Assembly: GCA_902799835.1 (NCBI GenBank)
Contig: CADCCF010000005.1
Span: 58,813-122,812, forward strand
Reading direction: 5' to 3'
DNA: 64,000 nucleotides
Origin: an uncultured Pseudomonadota bacterium
GTDB lineage: Bacteria > Pseudomonadota > Alphaproteobacteria > RF32 > CAG-239
The notes beneath the pieces were generated by a model. The model saw only the letters and a program-made list of their open reading frames with translations, did not search any database and was not told the DNA's origin. A program made the position numbers and the translations under genes. Below are positions 1 through 9,865 of the stretch, piece after piece (the stretch's first letter is position 1; each line of letters opens with the position of its first letter).

Positions 1-422
1 GAAGCTGATACTGCTTGCCGACCAGCTTTTTTCAGGCGTTTGTAATAGCTTGCGGCATTGTTATAATCAGCTTGTGCCTTAATAGATGCGGCTTTGGCAG
101 ATTCCAATTCGGCTTTGTATTCTCTTTGGTCAATCAGTACTAAATTATCGCCAACTTTGACCTCGTCACCACCTTCTACCATCACATCATCAATATATCC
201 GGCAACATTTGCCGCCATATCGGCACTTTGAATTGGGGTTACATAACCGACATATTGTTTTTCAATTTTGACATCTTGATGAGGAATGGCGATTGCATTT
301 ATACTCTGTGTGTGAGCAATTTCCGGCAAGGCAGAGTCAGCTCTGATGCTGTTAAACAGTATATAATATACTATTATCACCGCAGCTGCAGCAAAGTAGC
401 GATATCTGAATAAATTATTCAT
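1..422 (-). CDS. Efflux RND transporter periplasmic adaptor subunit (5' part; runs off window)
   Basis: Manual translation from ATG at 422: MNNLFRYRYF...YVGYVTPIQSADMAANVAGYIDDVMVEGGDEVKVGDNLVLIDQREYKAEL, a lipoyl-like/alpha-hairpin MFP pattern paralogous to 62314..63471; not in ORF track because truncated. Confidence 0.85.
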   Translation of the reverse strand, partial: MNNLFRYRYFAAAAVIIVYYILFNSIRADSALPEIAHTQSINAIAIPHQDVKIEKQYVGYVTPIQSADMAANVAGYIDDVMVEGGDEVKVGDNLVLIDQREYKAELESAKAASIKAQADYNNAASYYKRLKKAGRQAVSA

Positions 423-613
423 TTTTTTAACCTCAAAATACTTATCCATTTGGCATATAAATAAACTCTTGTCGCTTTTATCCAACCTATACCAAATGTT
501 TTATTGGGAAGATTTTTGTGTAATTATGCTTAAAATTATTAAAAATCAATAAGATGATGAAAGGTAATATTTTACCGTTAAATAATTTATTGAAAAAACA
601 TCAAAAAAATATA

Positions 614-641
614 TTGACAAATAAAAATAATTCTCTATAAC
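614..641 (+). promoter_or_regulatory. Putative sigma70 promoter of rplM-rpsI
   Basis: TTGACA at 614-619, 16-nt spacer, TATAAC at 636-641, upstream of rplM. Confidence 0.6.
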
Positions 642-683
642 TACAACCGAGCGTTAATTTATAACATTAGAGAGAGACAAATA

Positions 684-1148
684 ATGAACACTTATGCAAC
701 CAAACCCTCAGACATTGAGAGAAAATGGTATGTAGTAGATGCCGAAGGTGTTGTATTGGGCCGTCTTTCTGCCGAAATCGCCAAGATTTTGCGCGGCAAG
801 CACAAACCGAACTTTGTTCCCAATATTGACTGCGGCGACTATGTAGTAGTTATCAATGCTGACAAAGTAAAATTGACCGGCAACAAATTGTCGGCTAAAA
901 AGTATTTCCGTCACACCGGTTGGGCCGGCGGTATCAAAGAAACTACCGCTGAAAAATTGCTCAACGGTCGTTTTCCGGAAAGAGTTATCATCAAAGCTGT
1001 TGAGCGCATGATTTCTCGCAACCCGATGGGTCGTCAACAGATGAGCAAATTAAAAGTATATGCCGGATCAAATCATCCGCATACTGCTCAAAACCCTGTT
1101 GCTTTGGATATTGCAGCTCAAAACCCCAAGAATAAGAGGAGCAACTAA
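684..1148 (+). CDS. rplM: 50S ribosomal protein L13
   Basis: [15 protein letters not shown]...LRGKHKP...[11 protein letters not shown] motif; followed by S9. Confidence 0.99.
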   Translation: MNTYATKPSDIERKWYVVDAEGVVLGRLSAEIAKILRGKHKPNFVPNIDCGDYVVVINADKVKLTGNKLSAKKYFRHTGWAGGIKETTAEKLLNGRFPERVIIKAVERMISRNPMGRQQMSKLKVYAGSNHPHTAQNPVALDIAAQNPKNKRSN

Positions 1149-1150
1149 TA

Positions 1151-1639
1151 ATGGCTGAGAAATTAGAATCTTTAAAAGACCTGAAAAAAGCTGCCAAGAC
1201 TGTTGAAGCTTCATCAGAAGAAACAACTGTTCGCAAAGCTAAAAAAGATAAACAAGGTCGTTCTTATGCTACCGGTCGTCGCAAGGATGCCGTTGCTCGT
1301 GTTTGGATTAAAGCTGGTAAAGGCAACATCACCATCAATGACAAGTCAATTGATCAGTACTTTGCTCGTCCGGTTTTGAAAATGATTATCAATCAACCTT
1401 TTGAAGTTGCTAATCGTGCCGGTGAATTTGATGTAATCTGCACAGTAAAAGGCGGTGGTTTGTCTGGTCAGGCCGGTGCTATCAAACACGGTATTTCACG
1501 CGCTTTGAATGCTTATGAGCCTGAATTGCGTGATTGCTTGAAGAAGGCAGGTTTCTTGACACGTGATGATCGTGCAGTTGAACGTAAGAAATATGGTAAA
1601 GCAAAAGCTCGCCGTTCTTACCAGTTCTCAAAACGTTAA
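1151..1639 (+). CDS. rpsI: 30S ribosomal protein S9
   Basis: [32 protein letters not shown]-terminal [11 protein letters not shown]. Confidence 0.99.
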   Translation: MAEKLESLKDLKKAAKTVEASSEETTVRKAKKDKQGRSYATGRRKDAVARVWIKAGKGNITINDKSIDQYFARPVLKMIINQPFEVANRAGEFDVICTVKGGGLSGQAGAIKHGISRALNAYEPELRDCLKKAGFLTRDDRAVERKKYGKAKARRSYQFSKR

Positions 1640-1718
1640 TCAGACGATACGAAAAATCGTTTTATTTCAATGGGTTGTGTATTTTCACAGCCCATTTTTT
1701 TGTTTCACATAATATTCA
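1628..1718 (+). repeat. attL: rpsI 3' end + terminator repeat
   Basis: Matches 28246..28336 over ~91 bp with few differences. Confidence 0.92.
1670..1701 (+). terminator. Intrinsic terminator of rplM-rpsI
   Basis: ATGGGTTGTG-tatttt-CACAGCCCAT hairpin followed by T7. Confidence 0.85.
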
Positions 1719-1788
1719 CATAACCCTTGACAATTCTAATTTACTAATTTACCATTTTCACATAATCTTCACAGTTTTTATGGTAAAA

Positions 1789-3186
1789 ATGGGTAATTTT
1801 TATAGCGAAACATACACCTATCGTGATGGGCGAATTCTGCTTTATAAGCGTCCAAACTCCAAAAACTTTCAATGCCGTTTACGTGTTGAAGGCATAAAAG
1901 GTTATATCATCCTGTCTTGCCAAACGCCAAATCTCGGCAAAGCCTTAAAATTTGCCGAAGATACTTATGATAATATGCGTTTCAAGAAAATAAATAACCT
2001 ACCCCTAAAGACCAAGACCTTCCGGCAAATATACAATGAATGGTTCAGCCGAGCCGAAAAGTCAGAATATCGCAAGGATTTTTATACCAGCCGTGCCAGG
2101 CTCTACTTTTTCCCTTATTTTGGTGATTATAACATTGAAGAGATTACAGAAAGCATCATTGATGATTATTGGGTTTGGCGTAAGAATTACTACAAGAATA
2201 ATCCAGAAAAATATAACCGAAATGCCGCTATGGTGCCATCAGCTCTGTCATTAAGGATGGAAAAGACCGCTATCAAAGAGATTTTGGAGTATGCCCAATG
2301 CCGTGGTTACATTCGGACTGTCCCTGCCATCAGATTTAAGCCGCGCTGCAAACCCGAACGCCGAGAAACATTTACCCCGAGCGAATATCGCCGCTTGGTT
2401 GCCGGTTTAGCGATGAGTGCTCAAAGAAACGCCAAGAAGAATGATATCTATCAGCGCAAAATGCTTTACAACTTGGTGGTTTTCTTGGCTAACACCGGAA
2501 TTCGTCCCAATGAGTTTTATAAAATCAAGTGGCAAGACATTTCCGTGCATATCCAAGGCAAGATTAAGATTTTATATATTTCAATCTCCGAGGACAATAA
2601 AACCGGCAAAAGAACGGTTGTGAGCTTGCCCGAAGCCTATTCTTGCTATGAAAATGTTAAAAGCTTCTCACTTTTCACCAAGCCAACCGATTACTTCTTC
2701 ACTAATTATGACGGAAGTTGGGTCAAAAATATCAGCAAAAGCTACGTAACAGCCGCCCGCATGCTAAAGTTATATATGAGCAGCGACGGCAAACCGAGAC
2801 CGCTGTACTCTTTGCGCCACTATTATGCCACCCAGAGGTTAATGGATGGCGTGCAGGTGTTTGACTTGGCTAGAAATATGGGAACATCGGTCAAACAAAT
2901 AGAACAGCACTACGGACACGTGCTTTCTACGCAAAAATCGGAAGAACTCATTCAAGGCGCATCAAAATCCAACTACCAGCAACGTGAAGAGCTGGAAGAC
3001 TTGCTGGGCGTCAACATAACGCCGGAACACGACAGTTTTGTCTTGGGCGAACCCGAAGATCCACAGGAAGAGGAAGATCCGACCGCTAAAATCTATGAAC
3101 AGCTAGATAAATTAGCCCGAACCCCCGCCGGCAAAAAGAAATTGCAAGAATTTATGCTCACCATGCTGAAAAATATAGGAAAGTAA
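1789..3186 (+). CDS. Tyrosine recombinase/integrase of the island
   Basis: GIRPNE (R), NKTG (K), YSLRHYYAT (R), MGTSVKQIEQHY (Y); N-terminal arm-binding-like region; start ATG 1780 or 1789 more plausible than TTG 1675. Confidence 0.93.
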   Translation: MGNFYSETYTYRDGRILLYKRPNSKNFQCRLRVEGIKGYIILSCQTPNLGKALKFAEDTYDNMRFKKINNLPLKTKTFRQIYNEWFSRAEKSEYRKDFYTSRARLYFFPYFGDYNIEEITESIIDDYWVWRKNYYKNNPEKYNRNAAMVPSALSLRMEKTAIKEILEYAQCRGYIRTVPAIRFKPRCKPERRETFTPSEYRRLVAGLAMSAQRNAKKNDIYQRKMLYNLVVFLANTGIRPNEFYKIKWQDISVHIQGKIKILYISISEDNKTGKRTVVSLPEAYSCYENVKSFSLFTKPTDYFFTNYDGSWVKNISKSYVTAARMLKLYMSSDGKPRPLYSLRHYYATQRLMDGVQVFDLARNMGTSVKQIEQHYGHVLSTQKSEELIQGASKSNYQQREELEDLLGVNITPEHDSFVLGEPEDPQEEEDPTAKIYEQLDKLARTPAGKKKLQEFMLTMLKNIGK

Positions 3187-3229
3187 GCAGAAGGCAAAAA
3201 AAATACTGAATTGGCAGAGAAAATACAAA

Positions 3230-3260
3230 TTTAGCCCTCTAAAGAATAAGAGGGCTAAAA
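3230..3260. terminator. Hairpin/terminator after integrase
   Basis: TTTAGCCCTCT-aaagaata-AGAGGGCTAAA inverted repeat. Confidence 0.65.
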
Positions 3261-3366
3261 AGATGTGCATAACAAGTTTACTTTTAATATTTTTGCTTGA
3301 CTTTTTTGTAAAAAACCTCTCTATTTATATTGCTTGATATTAATTTTATAAAAGAAAGGATTAACA

Positions 3367-3981
3367 ATGACAATAAAACCAAGCGAATTTAATAAAAGTC
3401 TTGATGAACATCTCATTGAGAAAGTAGCACATATTTTATATAATGCAAGAGTAAAATGCCTAAATGGATATGAACCAGAAAATGGTGATACCCCATGGTC
3501 AAATGGTGTACGGTCAAGAGAATGGTGCAGAAAAGCTATTCGTGATGCTGTTGAAGAATATCAATTTTTAGACATTATAAAGGATAAGGGGCAAACTTTT
3601 ATATTTTCAATAAATGGTGTTCCTATTAAGTTTTATAAAGATAATACTAAAAAACCCAGTTCAAAATTATTTAAATATCAAGAAATTGAGCAAAAACAGT
3701 ATGATTTGTTTCCGTTTGATGGAGTGGGGAATCCTAAAGATATTTTATGGAGATTTGTTATTGAAACAGATATAACTCTTGATATTTCAAAAATTTCTTT
3801 TATAGGTTTAGGCAAGAAAAGTAAAAAAATTGAGTGTTTATATGATGTTGAAACTAGAGACAAAGATGTAAGAATTATAACACCTTTGGCAACGAGCGTT
3901 GATTCTGATGAGAAAGAGTTAGAAGAGATAGCAATTTCATATAAAACATTTGAAAATGAAAAGAAAAAGGTAAATGGCTGA
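3367..3981 (+). CDS. Hypothetical protein, putative toxin of a RosmerTA-like pair
   Basis: 204-aa ORF with good RBS, overlaps start of the downstream HTH+M78 peptidase gene; toxin role inferred from context only. Confidence 0.55.
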   Translation: MTIKPSEFNKSLDEHLIEKVAHILYNARVKCLNGYEPENGDTPWSNGVRSREWCRKAIRDAVEEYQFLDIIKDKGQTFIFSINGVPIKFYKDNTKKPSSKLFKYQEIEQKQYDLFPFDGVGNPKDILWRFVIETDITLDISKISFIGLGKKSKKIECLYDVETRDKDVRIITPLATSVDSDEKELEEIAISYKTFENEKKKVNG

Positions 3982-5074
3982 TTTTTATAAGGAAAAACTT
4001 GTCCAAGCGCGTCTTTTCTGGGGAATGTCCCTTCAAGATGTTGGTGAGAAACTTGGGGTAAGCAAACAATATATACAACAAATTGAGAACGGAGCAAAAG
4101 TACCAAACGAGCTGTTTATAGGAGCTTTAGCTGAAGTTTTGAATGTTTATCCCAATTTTTTTGAAACGCCCGTAACAAATGTAATGTTGGAATCCCAATG
4201 CCATTTTAGAAAGGCTAAAACAACACCTATTTCAATAAAAGAGCGTGCTTTACAACAAAGCAGTTTATTTGAAGATTTAGTTGATTTTGTAGATGACGAA
4301 CTAGCTCTTCCTGCTGTTAATTTTAACGAAGCAATGCCTATTGATAATGAACATATAGAACAAGCAGCAGAAGATTGTCGCAAAAATTGGAATATAGGAC
4401 TAGATTGTCCTGTACAAAATGTAGCACACTATGTAGAAAAAGCTGGTGCTGTTATTACTATGTTTAATGATATTTCAGAAAAGATTGATGCTTTTTCAGT
4501 AAACAAAAGAAGACCAATAATAATAAGAAATCAGCCTAAAAATACGGCATGTAGATTCCGTTTTGATATAGCGCACGAATGTGGACATTTGGTTTTGCAT
4601 AATGGTGTTACAACAGGCGATACAGAAACCGAAACTCAAGCAAATAGATTTGCAAATGCATTTTTGCTCCCAAGAGGTGCTTTTTTGAGGGAATTCGGAC
4701 CTTCATTCACAAGTTACCGTATAAATTGGCGTACTTTAGTTTCTCTGAAAAGAAAATGGAAAGTATCTTTGAGTGCAATAATTCGCAGAGCTTATGATTT
4801 AGGTATAATAGATGCTGTCAAATATAGAAGTGCGTACATTTATATGAATAATAAGGGATATATGAAAAAGGAACCCTTAGATGATGATATTCCGATGGAA
4901 CAGCCATTTGTTATGAATAAAGCTCTATCTATGCTAGAAAAAAATGGACAGCTTGAATATTACTTAAGAAACAAAAAAGGAATTAAAGCGAAGTTTCTTG
5001 AAAAACTATGTGGATACAAACTGTGCTATTCTGATAATAATGTTGTTAGTATAGATAGTTATAGATTCAGATGA
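3974..5074 (+). CDS. XRE HTH + ImmA/IrrE (M78) Zn metallopeptidase (RmrA-like)
   Basis: N-terminal XRE HTH (MSLQDVGEKLGVSKQYIQQIENG); RFRFDIAHECGHLVLH (HExxH); ETQANRFANAFLLP. Confidence 0.9.
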   Translation: MADFYKEKLVQARLFWGMSLQDVGEKLGVSKQYIQQIENGAKVPNELFIGALAEVLNVYPNFFETPVTNVMLESQCHFRKAKTTPISIKERALQQSSLFEDLVDFVDDELALPAVNFNEAMPIDNEHIEQAAEDCRKNWNIGLDCPVQNVAHYVEKAGAVITMFNDISEKIDAFSVNKRRPIIIRNQPKNTACRFRFDIAHECGHLVLHNGVTTGDTETETQANRFANAFLLPRGAFLREFGPSFTSYRINWRTLVSLKRKWKVSLSAIIRRAYDLGIIDAVKYRSAYIYMNNKGYMKKEPLDDDIPMEQPFVMNKALSMLEKNGQLEYYLRNKKGIKAKFLEKLCGYKLCYSDNNVVSIDSYRFR

Positions 5075-5141
5075 AAAGAAAGCTCCTGCAATCATTGATT
5101 GACTTGATAGTATCGCCAATGTTGTTAAATCTATTAAGGGT

Positions 5142-5198
5142 AATTAACTCACATTCTTTGCAAAAATTTTGCAAAGAACGTCAATTAATGGCTCAAAA
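5142..5198 (+). repeat. Palindromic direct repeat, copy 1 (pairs with 12052..12108)
   Basis: TTCTTTGCAAAA-A-TTTTGCAAAGAA plus conserved flank CAATTAATGGCTCAAAA. Confidence 0.8.
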
Positions 5199-5219
5199 TA
5201 TAGAGAAATAAGCAATTCT

Positions 5220-5816
5220 CTACAATCCATAGCGTTTGATAAACCTTGAGAGTGTCATATACTGAACATTCATAATTTTTGATATTTGGTTCTTGGAAAC
5301 CCCTTTAGCAAGTAGGTCTTGTATGCGTTTAAGGTTCTTGGCAAGTTTCAATTTCTTGGATTCAGCTCCGATTGGTCTTCCGAGCTTTACACCTTGCTCT
5401 TTCTTGGATGCAAGCGAGCATTTTGTTCTTTGGCTGATTAAATCCCTTTCAATTTGACTGGCAAGCCCAAAAGCAAAGGCTAATACTTGCGATTGTAGGT
5501 CATTCCCTAAATGATAGTTTTCTTTGATAGTGATAACTTGGCAGTTTTTATTTAGGCAGGTCTGCAGAATAGAGAAAGTTTCAGGGACAGACCTAGAAAT
5601 CCTTGAGAGTTCACTTGTTATCAAAATGTCATTTGGTTGCAGTTTCTCCAGTAATTGACCTAATTGCCTTTTTTGAAGGGGTTTTCTTGATGATATGGTC
5701 TCTTCAACCCAAACATCAATTTTCATATTGTGTTTGGCGGCATACTCGTTGATTTCATACTCCATATGCTCAAATGATTGCTTTTCGGTGCTTTTGCGGA
5801 TATATCCGTAAATCAT
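5220..5816 (-). CDS. Serine recombinase, Mpi-like DNA invertase/resolvase
   Basis: MIYGYIRKST..Q, EETIS, SELSRISRS, VLAFAFGLASQIERDLISQRTK, GVKLGRP, C-terminal HTH; pattern recalled as very close to Bacteroides Mpi family. Confidence 0.9.
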   Translation of the reverse strand: MIYGYIRKSTEKQSFEHMEYEINEYAAKHNMKIDVWVEETISSRKPLQKRQLGQLLEKLQPNDILITSELSRISRSVPETFSILQTCLNKNCQVITIKENYHLGNDLQSQVLAFAFGLASQIERDLISQRTKCSLASKKEQGVKLGRPIGAESKKLKLAKNLKRIQDLLAKGVSKNQISKIMNVQYMTLSRFIKRYGL

Positions 5817-6102
5817 AAAATTCTCCTTTTGATATATTTATCAGGAGATTCAAAGAATTATGAGGAAAATGTTCTGCTGTTTTAACGAACAATTAAATCA
5901 ACTAATTTTTTAAGTATTTTGTAGAGCTGGAATAAAGTTAATTTATGGCTACATAATTCCTTGAAATGCACAAAAAATAAAGGAGTTTCAAGGGATTTAA
6001 TGGCAACAAAACTGGACACTTGCTTTATATTGGTTACAGGTTCAACAAAATTGTTCGTTTCTGTTAAGTGCGGAATTAGGCGCAACTTAACAGGATTGGA
6101 TT

Positions 6103-6612
6103 ATGGGTAAAATTTGTGCATTTTTAGGAAATGATTACGATTTCATGCATGGAAGAAGGCGTGAAAGAAGACCAAGGATTGAGTTAAGAGAAAAGGTAAA
6201 GGAACAAATAATCAATCTGATTGAAAACGAAGATGTTACAACCTTTTTCGTTGGAGAAATTGGCGGATTTGAGGAAGATGCCTATGATGCAGTATTGGAA
6301 GCAAAGGAACTGTATCCGCATATTCATATCACGCTTGTCATATCAAAAATAACAGAATTGCATCCAGTTGGCGAAGATAATCCAAATTATATCCATAAAG
6401 GAAAGCCTTGTGATGATTTTATATACCCTGACAAAAGCGCAACAGGCTATAAAAGGTTAAGCATTGTCTATCGTAACCGCTACATCATAGAGAATGCAGA
6501 TTTTATCATTGCTTTTAATGAATATCACGGCAAAGCCTATGAATTTTGCAAGCAAGCCAAAGGAAAAGGTGTAGAAGTCATTGAATTAGCGGAAGAAATT
6601 TCGGAAATGTAA
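6103..6612 (+). CDS. SLOG-family (DUF1273/YpsA-like) protein
   Basis: KICAFLG, TTFFVGEIGGFEEDAYDAV, YRNRYIIENADFIIAF; Rossmannoid SLOG pattern. Confidence 0.7.
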   Translation: MGKICAFLGNDYDFMHGRRRERRPRIELREKVKEQIINLIENEDVTTFFVGEIGGFEEDAYDAVLEAKELYPHIHITLVISKITELHPVGEDNPNYIHKGKPCDDFIYPDKSATGYKRLSIVYRNRYIIENADFIIAFNEYHGKAYEFCKQAKGKGVEVIELAEEISEM

Positions 6613-6640
6613 GATTCTCGTTTATAATGGTTCATTTTTA

Positions 6641-6669
6641 TTGCTAAAAATATAAAGATAAATTAAAAT
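6641..6669 (+). promoter_or_regulatory. Putative sigma70 promoter of RM operon
   Basis: TTGCTA-17nt-TAAAAT just upstream of dpnM. Confidence 0.5.
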
Positions 6670-6677
6670 AACGAACA

Positions 6678-7634
6678 ATGGGGAATAATATGAACGCTTA
6701 TCCAGCAATAAAAATTGAACAATATGACGAGATAAATGCAAAACCAGTATTAAAATGGGCTGGTGGTAAAGGTATGCTTTTGCCTCAAATAAGGGAACAT
6801 TTGCCTAATAAATTAAAATTTGGGGCGGTAAAGCGTTATATAGAGCCTTTTGTGGGCGGAGGAGCTGTTTTCTTTGATTTAATAAAGAATTACACTTTTG
6901 AAGATGCTTACTTATTTGATGTCAATCCCGAACTTATTGTATTATACAATGTTATAAAGAATGATGTTGAAGACCTAATTAAAGAGCTATCAGCTATTTC
7001 TGAAGGGTATTTTAGAATAGATCCTAGTGAGAGAGATGCTTTCTACTATGCTTATAGAGATTTGTACAATGAAAACAGTAAAAATATTGATGCTAATCAA
7101 TATAGCCGGGATTATATAGCAAGGGCAGCATTTACTATATTCTTAAATCGCACTTGTTTTAATGGACTATATCGCGTTAATTCAAAAGGATTTTTCAATG
7201 TTCCTGTCGGAAAATATAAAAATCCTCGGATTTTAGATGAAGATAATCTCAGAGAAGTATCTAAAGCACTCCAATGTGCAACAATCATACAAACAGATTT
7301 TTCAAAAGTTTTAGATTTTGTGAACGATGATACTTTTGTTTATTATGACCCACCGTACCGACCAATCAATGAAACATCTTTTAAATCCTATGCTGTCGGT
7401 GATTTTGATGATAATGAACAAAAACGTCTTAAGGATATCTTTGCTAAAGCAGATAGTTGTGGGGCTTTACAAATGTTGAGCAACTCAGACCCAACAAATT
7501 ATAATCCAGAAGATATGTTCTTTGATGACTTATATGGAAATTATAATATTCATAGAATTTGGGCAAAAAGAATGATAAATTCTGATCCTAATGGTCGTAA
7601 TGGTGTAAGAGAACTTTTAATAACGAATTACTGA
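6678..7634 (+). CDS. dpnM: Dam-family (D12) N6-adenine DNA methyltransferase, DpnM-like
   Basis: KPVLKWAGGK, YIEPFVGGGAV, FLNRTCFNGLYRVN, YYDPPY. Confidence 0.92.
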   Translation: MGNNMNAYPAIKIEQYDEINAKPVLKWAGGKGMLLPQIREHLPNKLKFGAVKRYIEPFVGGGAVFFDLIKNYTFEDAYLFDVNPELIVLYNVIKNDVEDLIKELSAISEGYFRIDPSERDAFYYAYRDLYNENSKNIDANQYSRDYIARAAFTIFLNRTCFNGLYRVNSKGFFNVPVGKYKNPRILDEDNLREVSKALQCATIIQTDFSKVLDFVNDDTFVYYDPPYRPINETSFKSYAVGDFDDNEQKRLKDIFAKADSCGALQMLSNSDPTNYNPEDMFFDDLYGNYNIHRIWAKRMINSDPNGRNGVRELLITNY

Positions 7635-7636
7635 CA

Positions 7637-8428
7637 ATGGAAGAGCTTTATCATTTATATTGTGCTGATTGTATTAAAAAATTAAAGGATTTCCCTGAGA
7701 ATACTTTTGATATGATTTTTGCAGACCCTCCATATATGCTGTCAAATGGAGGGATAACCTGCCAAAATGGTAAAGCTGTATCTGTAAATAAAGGAGATTG
7801 GGATGAAAGCCAAGGTCTCAAAAAAGATTTTAAGTTCCATAAAAAATGGCTTTCTGCTTGCAAAAGAGTGCTAAAACCTAACGGAACACTATGGATTTCA
7901 GGAACATATCACAGCATATATTCTTGCGGATTCGCAATGCAGTTGCTTGGATATCATATTCTCAACGATATTTCTTGGTTTAAACCTAATGCAAGTCCAA
8001 ATCTATCTTGTCGCTATTTTACGGCAAGCCACGAAACGCTTATTTGGGCAAGAAAAGATAAAAAATCAAAACATTATTTCAATTATGACTTAATGAAAGA
8101 TGGGGATTTTTCTAAAGATATCATAAAGAAACCGCATGCACAAATGAGGAGCGTGTGGGCAATTGGAACACCAACACCTAAAGAAAAAACTTTTGGAAAA
8201 CATCCGACACAAAAGCCTTTAGACCTTCTAGAACGTATAATATTGGCATCAACTAAAGAAAATGATTTGATTCTTGACCCCTTTATGGGAAGTGGTACGA
8301 CGGGCGTAGCTGCTATGAAACTAAAAAGACAATTTATAGGTATTGAAAAGAATCCAGATTTTGTTGTCCTTGCTGATAAAAGAATGTATGATGCGTATAA
8401 AAATAGGGAGAATACCAATGAAAAATAA
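7637..8428 (+). CDS. dpnA: N4/N6 DNA methyltransferase, DpnA-like
   Basis: MIFADPPY, KHPTQKPLDLLERIILAS, ILDPFMGSGTTG (beta class). Confidence 0.92.
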   Translation: MEELYHLYCADCIKKLKDFPENTFDMIFADPPYMLSNGGITCQNGKAVSVNKGDWDESQGLKKDFKFHKKWLSACKRVLKPNGTLWISGTYHSIYSCGFAMQLLGYHILNDISWFKPNASPNLSCRYFTASHETLIWARKDKKSKHYFNYDLMKDGDFSKDIIKKPHAQMRSVWAIGTPTPKEKTFGKHPTQKPLDLLERIILASTKENDLILDPFMGSGTTGVAAMKLKRQFIGIEKNPDFVVLADKRMYDAYKNRENTNEK

Positions 8429-9314
8429 TCCAGCATTTAAGAATATCTTAAATTGTAATACCCCTGATGAAGTTTTTAAGTATTTGATTGATACGTTGAA
8501 GGAAACAATCAAATCTTGGGATTATTTTGTAAATTGGAAAAAAGTAATTCATAATTATAGAGATGTGGAAATATCGCTAAGTTTACTGAATACATTGGTC
8601 GGTAAGAAAAATATTGAAGCTGAAGCACTAGCTTTATTAAAAGAATATCCTAAAATTATTGGTGTTGTTCCTGCTCTTTTAGCGGAAAGAGATAAGAAAA
8701 TAAGTTTACTCGTTAAGCCTAACAGTTTTGATGCCAAAAGATTTGATTTTTCAAAACCCATGCCAGCCGAAGATGGCGTTTTATTCCTCAAAGAAAGTGG
8801 CTTCTTGGACCTTATATCGGATAGAAGTATTAAATCTATTCCCGACTACTTCATTGGTGTAGAGGTCGGATTGGATTCAAATGGTCGTAAGAACCGCAGC
8901 GGTACATCTATGGAAAATTTGGTGGAGTTCTTTGTAAAGGACATTTGTGAAAGAAATGGCTATGAATATATAGCTCAAGCAACGGCTGATAAGATTAAAT
9001 TCAAGTGGAACAAAAATATTACAGTTACAAAATCATCTAAAAGAATTGATTTTGCAATTAACACTCCGAAAAAGCTGTATCTTATTGAAACAAACTTTTA
9101 TGGTGGTGGCGGATCCAAATTGAAATCAACAGCAGGAGAATATTCTGATATATATCACCAATGGACAAGAGATGGTCATCAGTTTATTTGGGTAACAGAT
9201 GGATTTGGTTGGAAGAAAACTCAACGCCCTTTAAGAGATACATTTAATAATACCGATTATATCATAAACCTTGATATGATTCAGAAGGGTATATTAGAGG
9301 AATTGTTAAAATGA
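8418..9314 (+). CDS. dpnB: Type II restriction endonuclease, DpnII family (GATC)
   Basis: WDYFVNWKK, DYFIGVEVGLDSNGRKNRSGTSME, IETNFYGGGGSKL, FIWVTDGFGW; third gene of dpnM-dpnA-dpnB layout. Confidence 0.92.
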   Translation: MKNNPAFKNILNCNTPDEVFKYLIDTLKETIKSWDYFVNWKKVIHNYRDVEISLSLLNTLVGKKNIEAEALALLKEYPKIIGVVPALLAERDKKISLLVKPNSFDAKRFDFSKPMPAEDGVLFLKESGFLDLISDRSIKSIPDYFIGVEVGLDSNGRKNRSGTSMENLVEFFVKDICERNGYEYIAQATADKIKFKWNKNITVTKSSKRIDFAINTPKKLYLIETNFYGGGGSKLKSTAGEYSDIYHQWTRDGHQFIWVTDGFGWKKTQRPLRDTFNNTDYIINLDMIQKGILEELLK

Positions 9315-9865
9315 AAAATTTTATTAAACGTATTCCGTTAGTTGGAATTATTGTTCAAAAAGATAGAAAATTTCATAGAGAAGCCTTCGCCATCTTTTCT
9401 ATTTCTTGGATTATAATAAATATTCCATTACTATTAAATTTACTAAAAAATATTAATGACAAAAAAGAGAGTTTAATCCCTTGGACAATAACGGATATAA
9501 TAGTTTATTCTATTTCCTTTTTAGCACCTTTTGTTTTCTGTTACAAAAAGCAAAAATCTGAACCCAGTGTTTTTCAAGATTCAAAAGAAGCATGTTTTGG
9601 TTTATGTATTTTAATTCTTTCTGTCTCGTTATTATCATTTTATTTTACATTTCCTGCTACAGAATTAAGACAAATTTCAAAAATAATTATAGGTGCATTG
9701 TATTTTATCTCTTTATTTTTATGGTATTTTTCAATTTTAACATCTATAAGCGACGATAGAGTGGAAGAAAATATTGAAGATGCAAATTTAACTATCAAAA
9801 CTACAGAGAAAAATTTTGTAAAAGAATTTAATGAAAGTATTAAAGAGGAGCAAGCAGATGAGTAA
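9311..9865 (+). CDS. 4-TM membrane protein coupled to DGQHR gene
   Basis: Four hydrophobic segments; overlaps dpnB stop and DGQHR start. Confidence 0.75.
   Translation: MKNFIKRIPLVGIIVQKDRKFHREAFAIFSISWIIINIPLLLNLLKNINDKKESLIPWTITDIIVYSISFLAPFVFCYKKQKSEPSVFQDSKEACFGLCILILSVSLLSFYFTFPATELRQISKIIIGALYFISLFLWYFSILTSISDDRVEENIEDANLTIKTTEKNFVKEFNESIKEEQADE

Noticed and set aside
1675-1788. N-terminal extension of the integrase from TTG 1675
   Set aside because: Runs through the terminator and att arm repeats; ATG 1780/1789 more plausible
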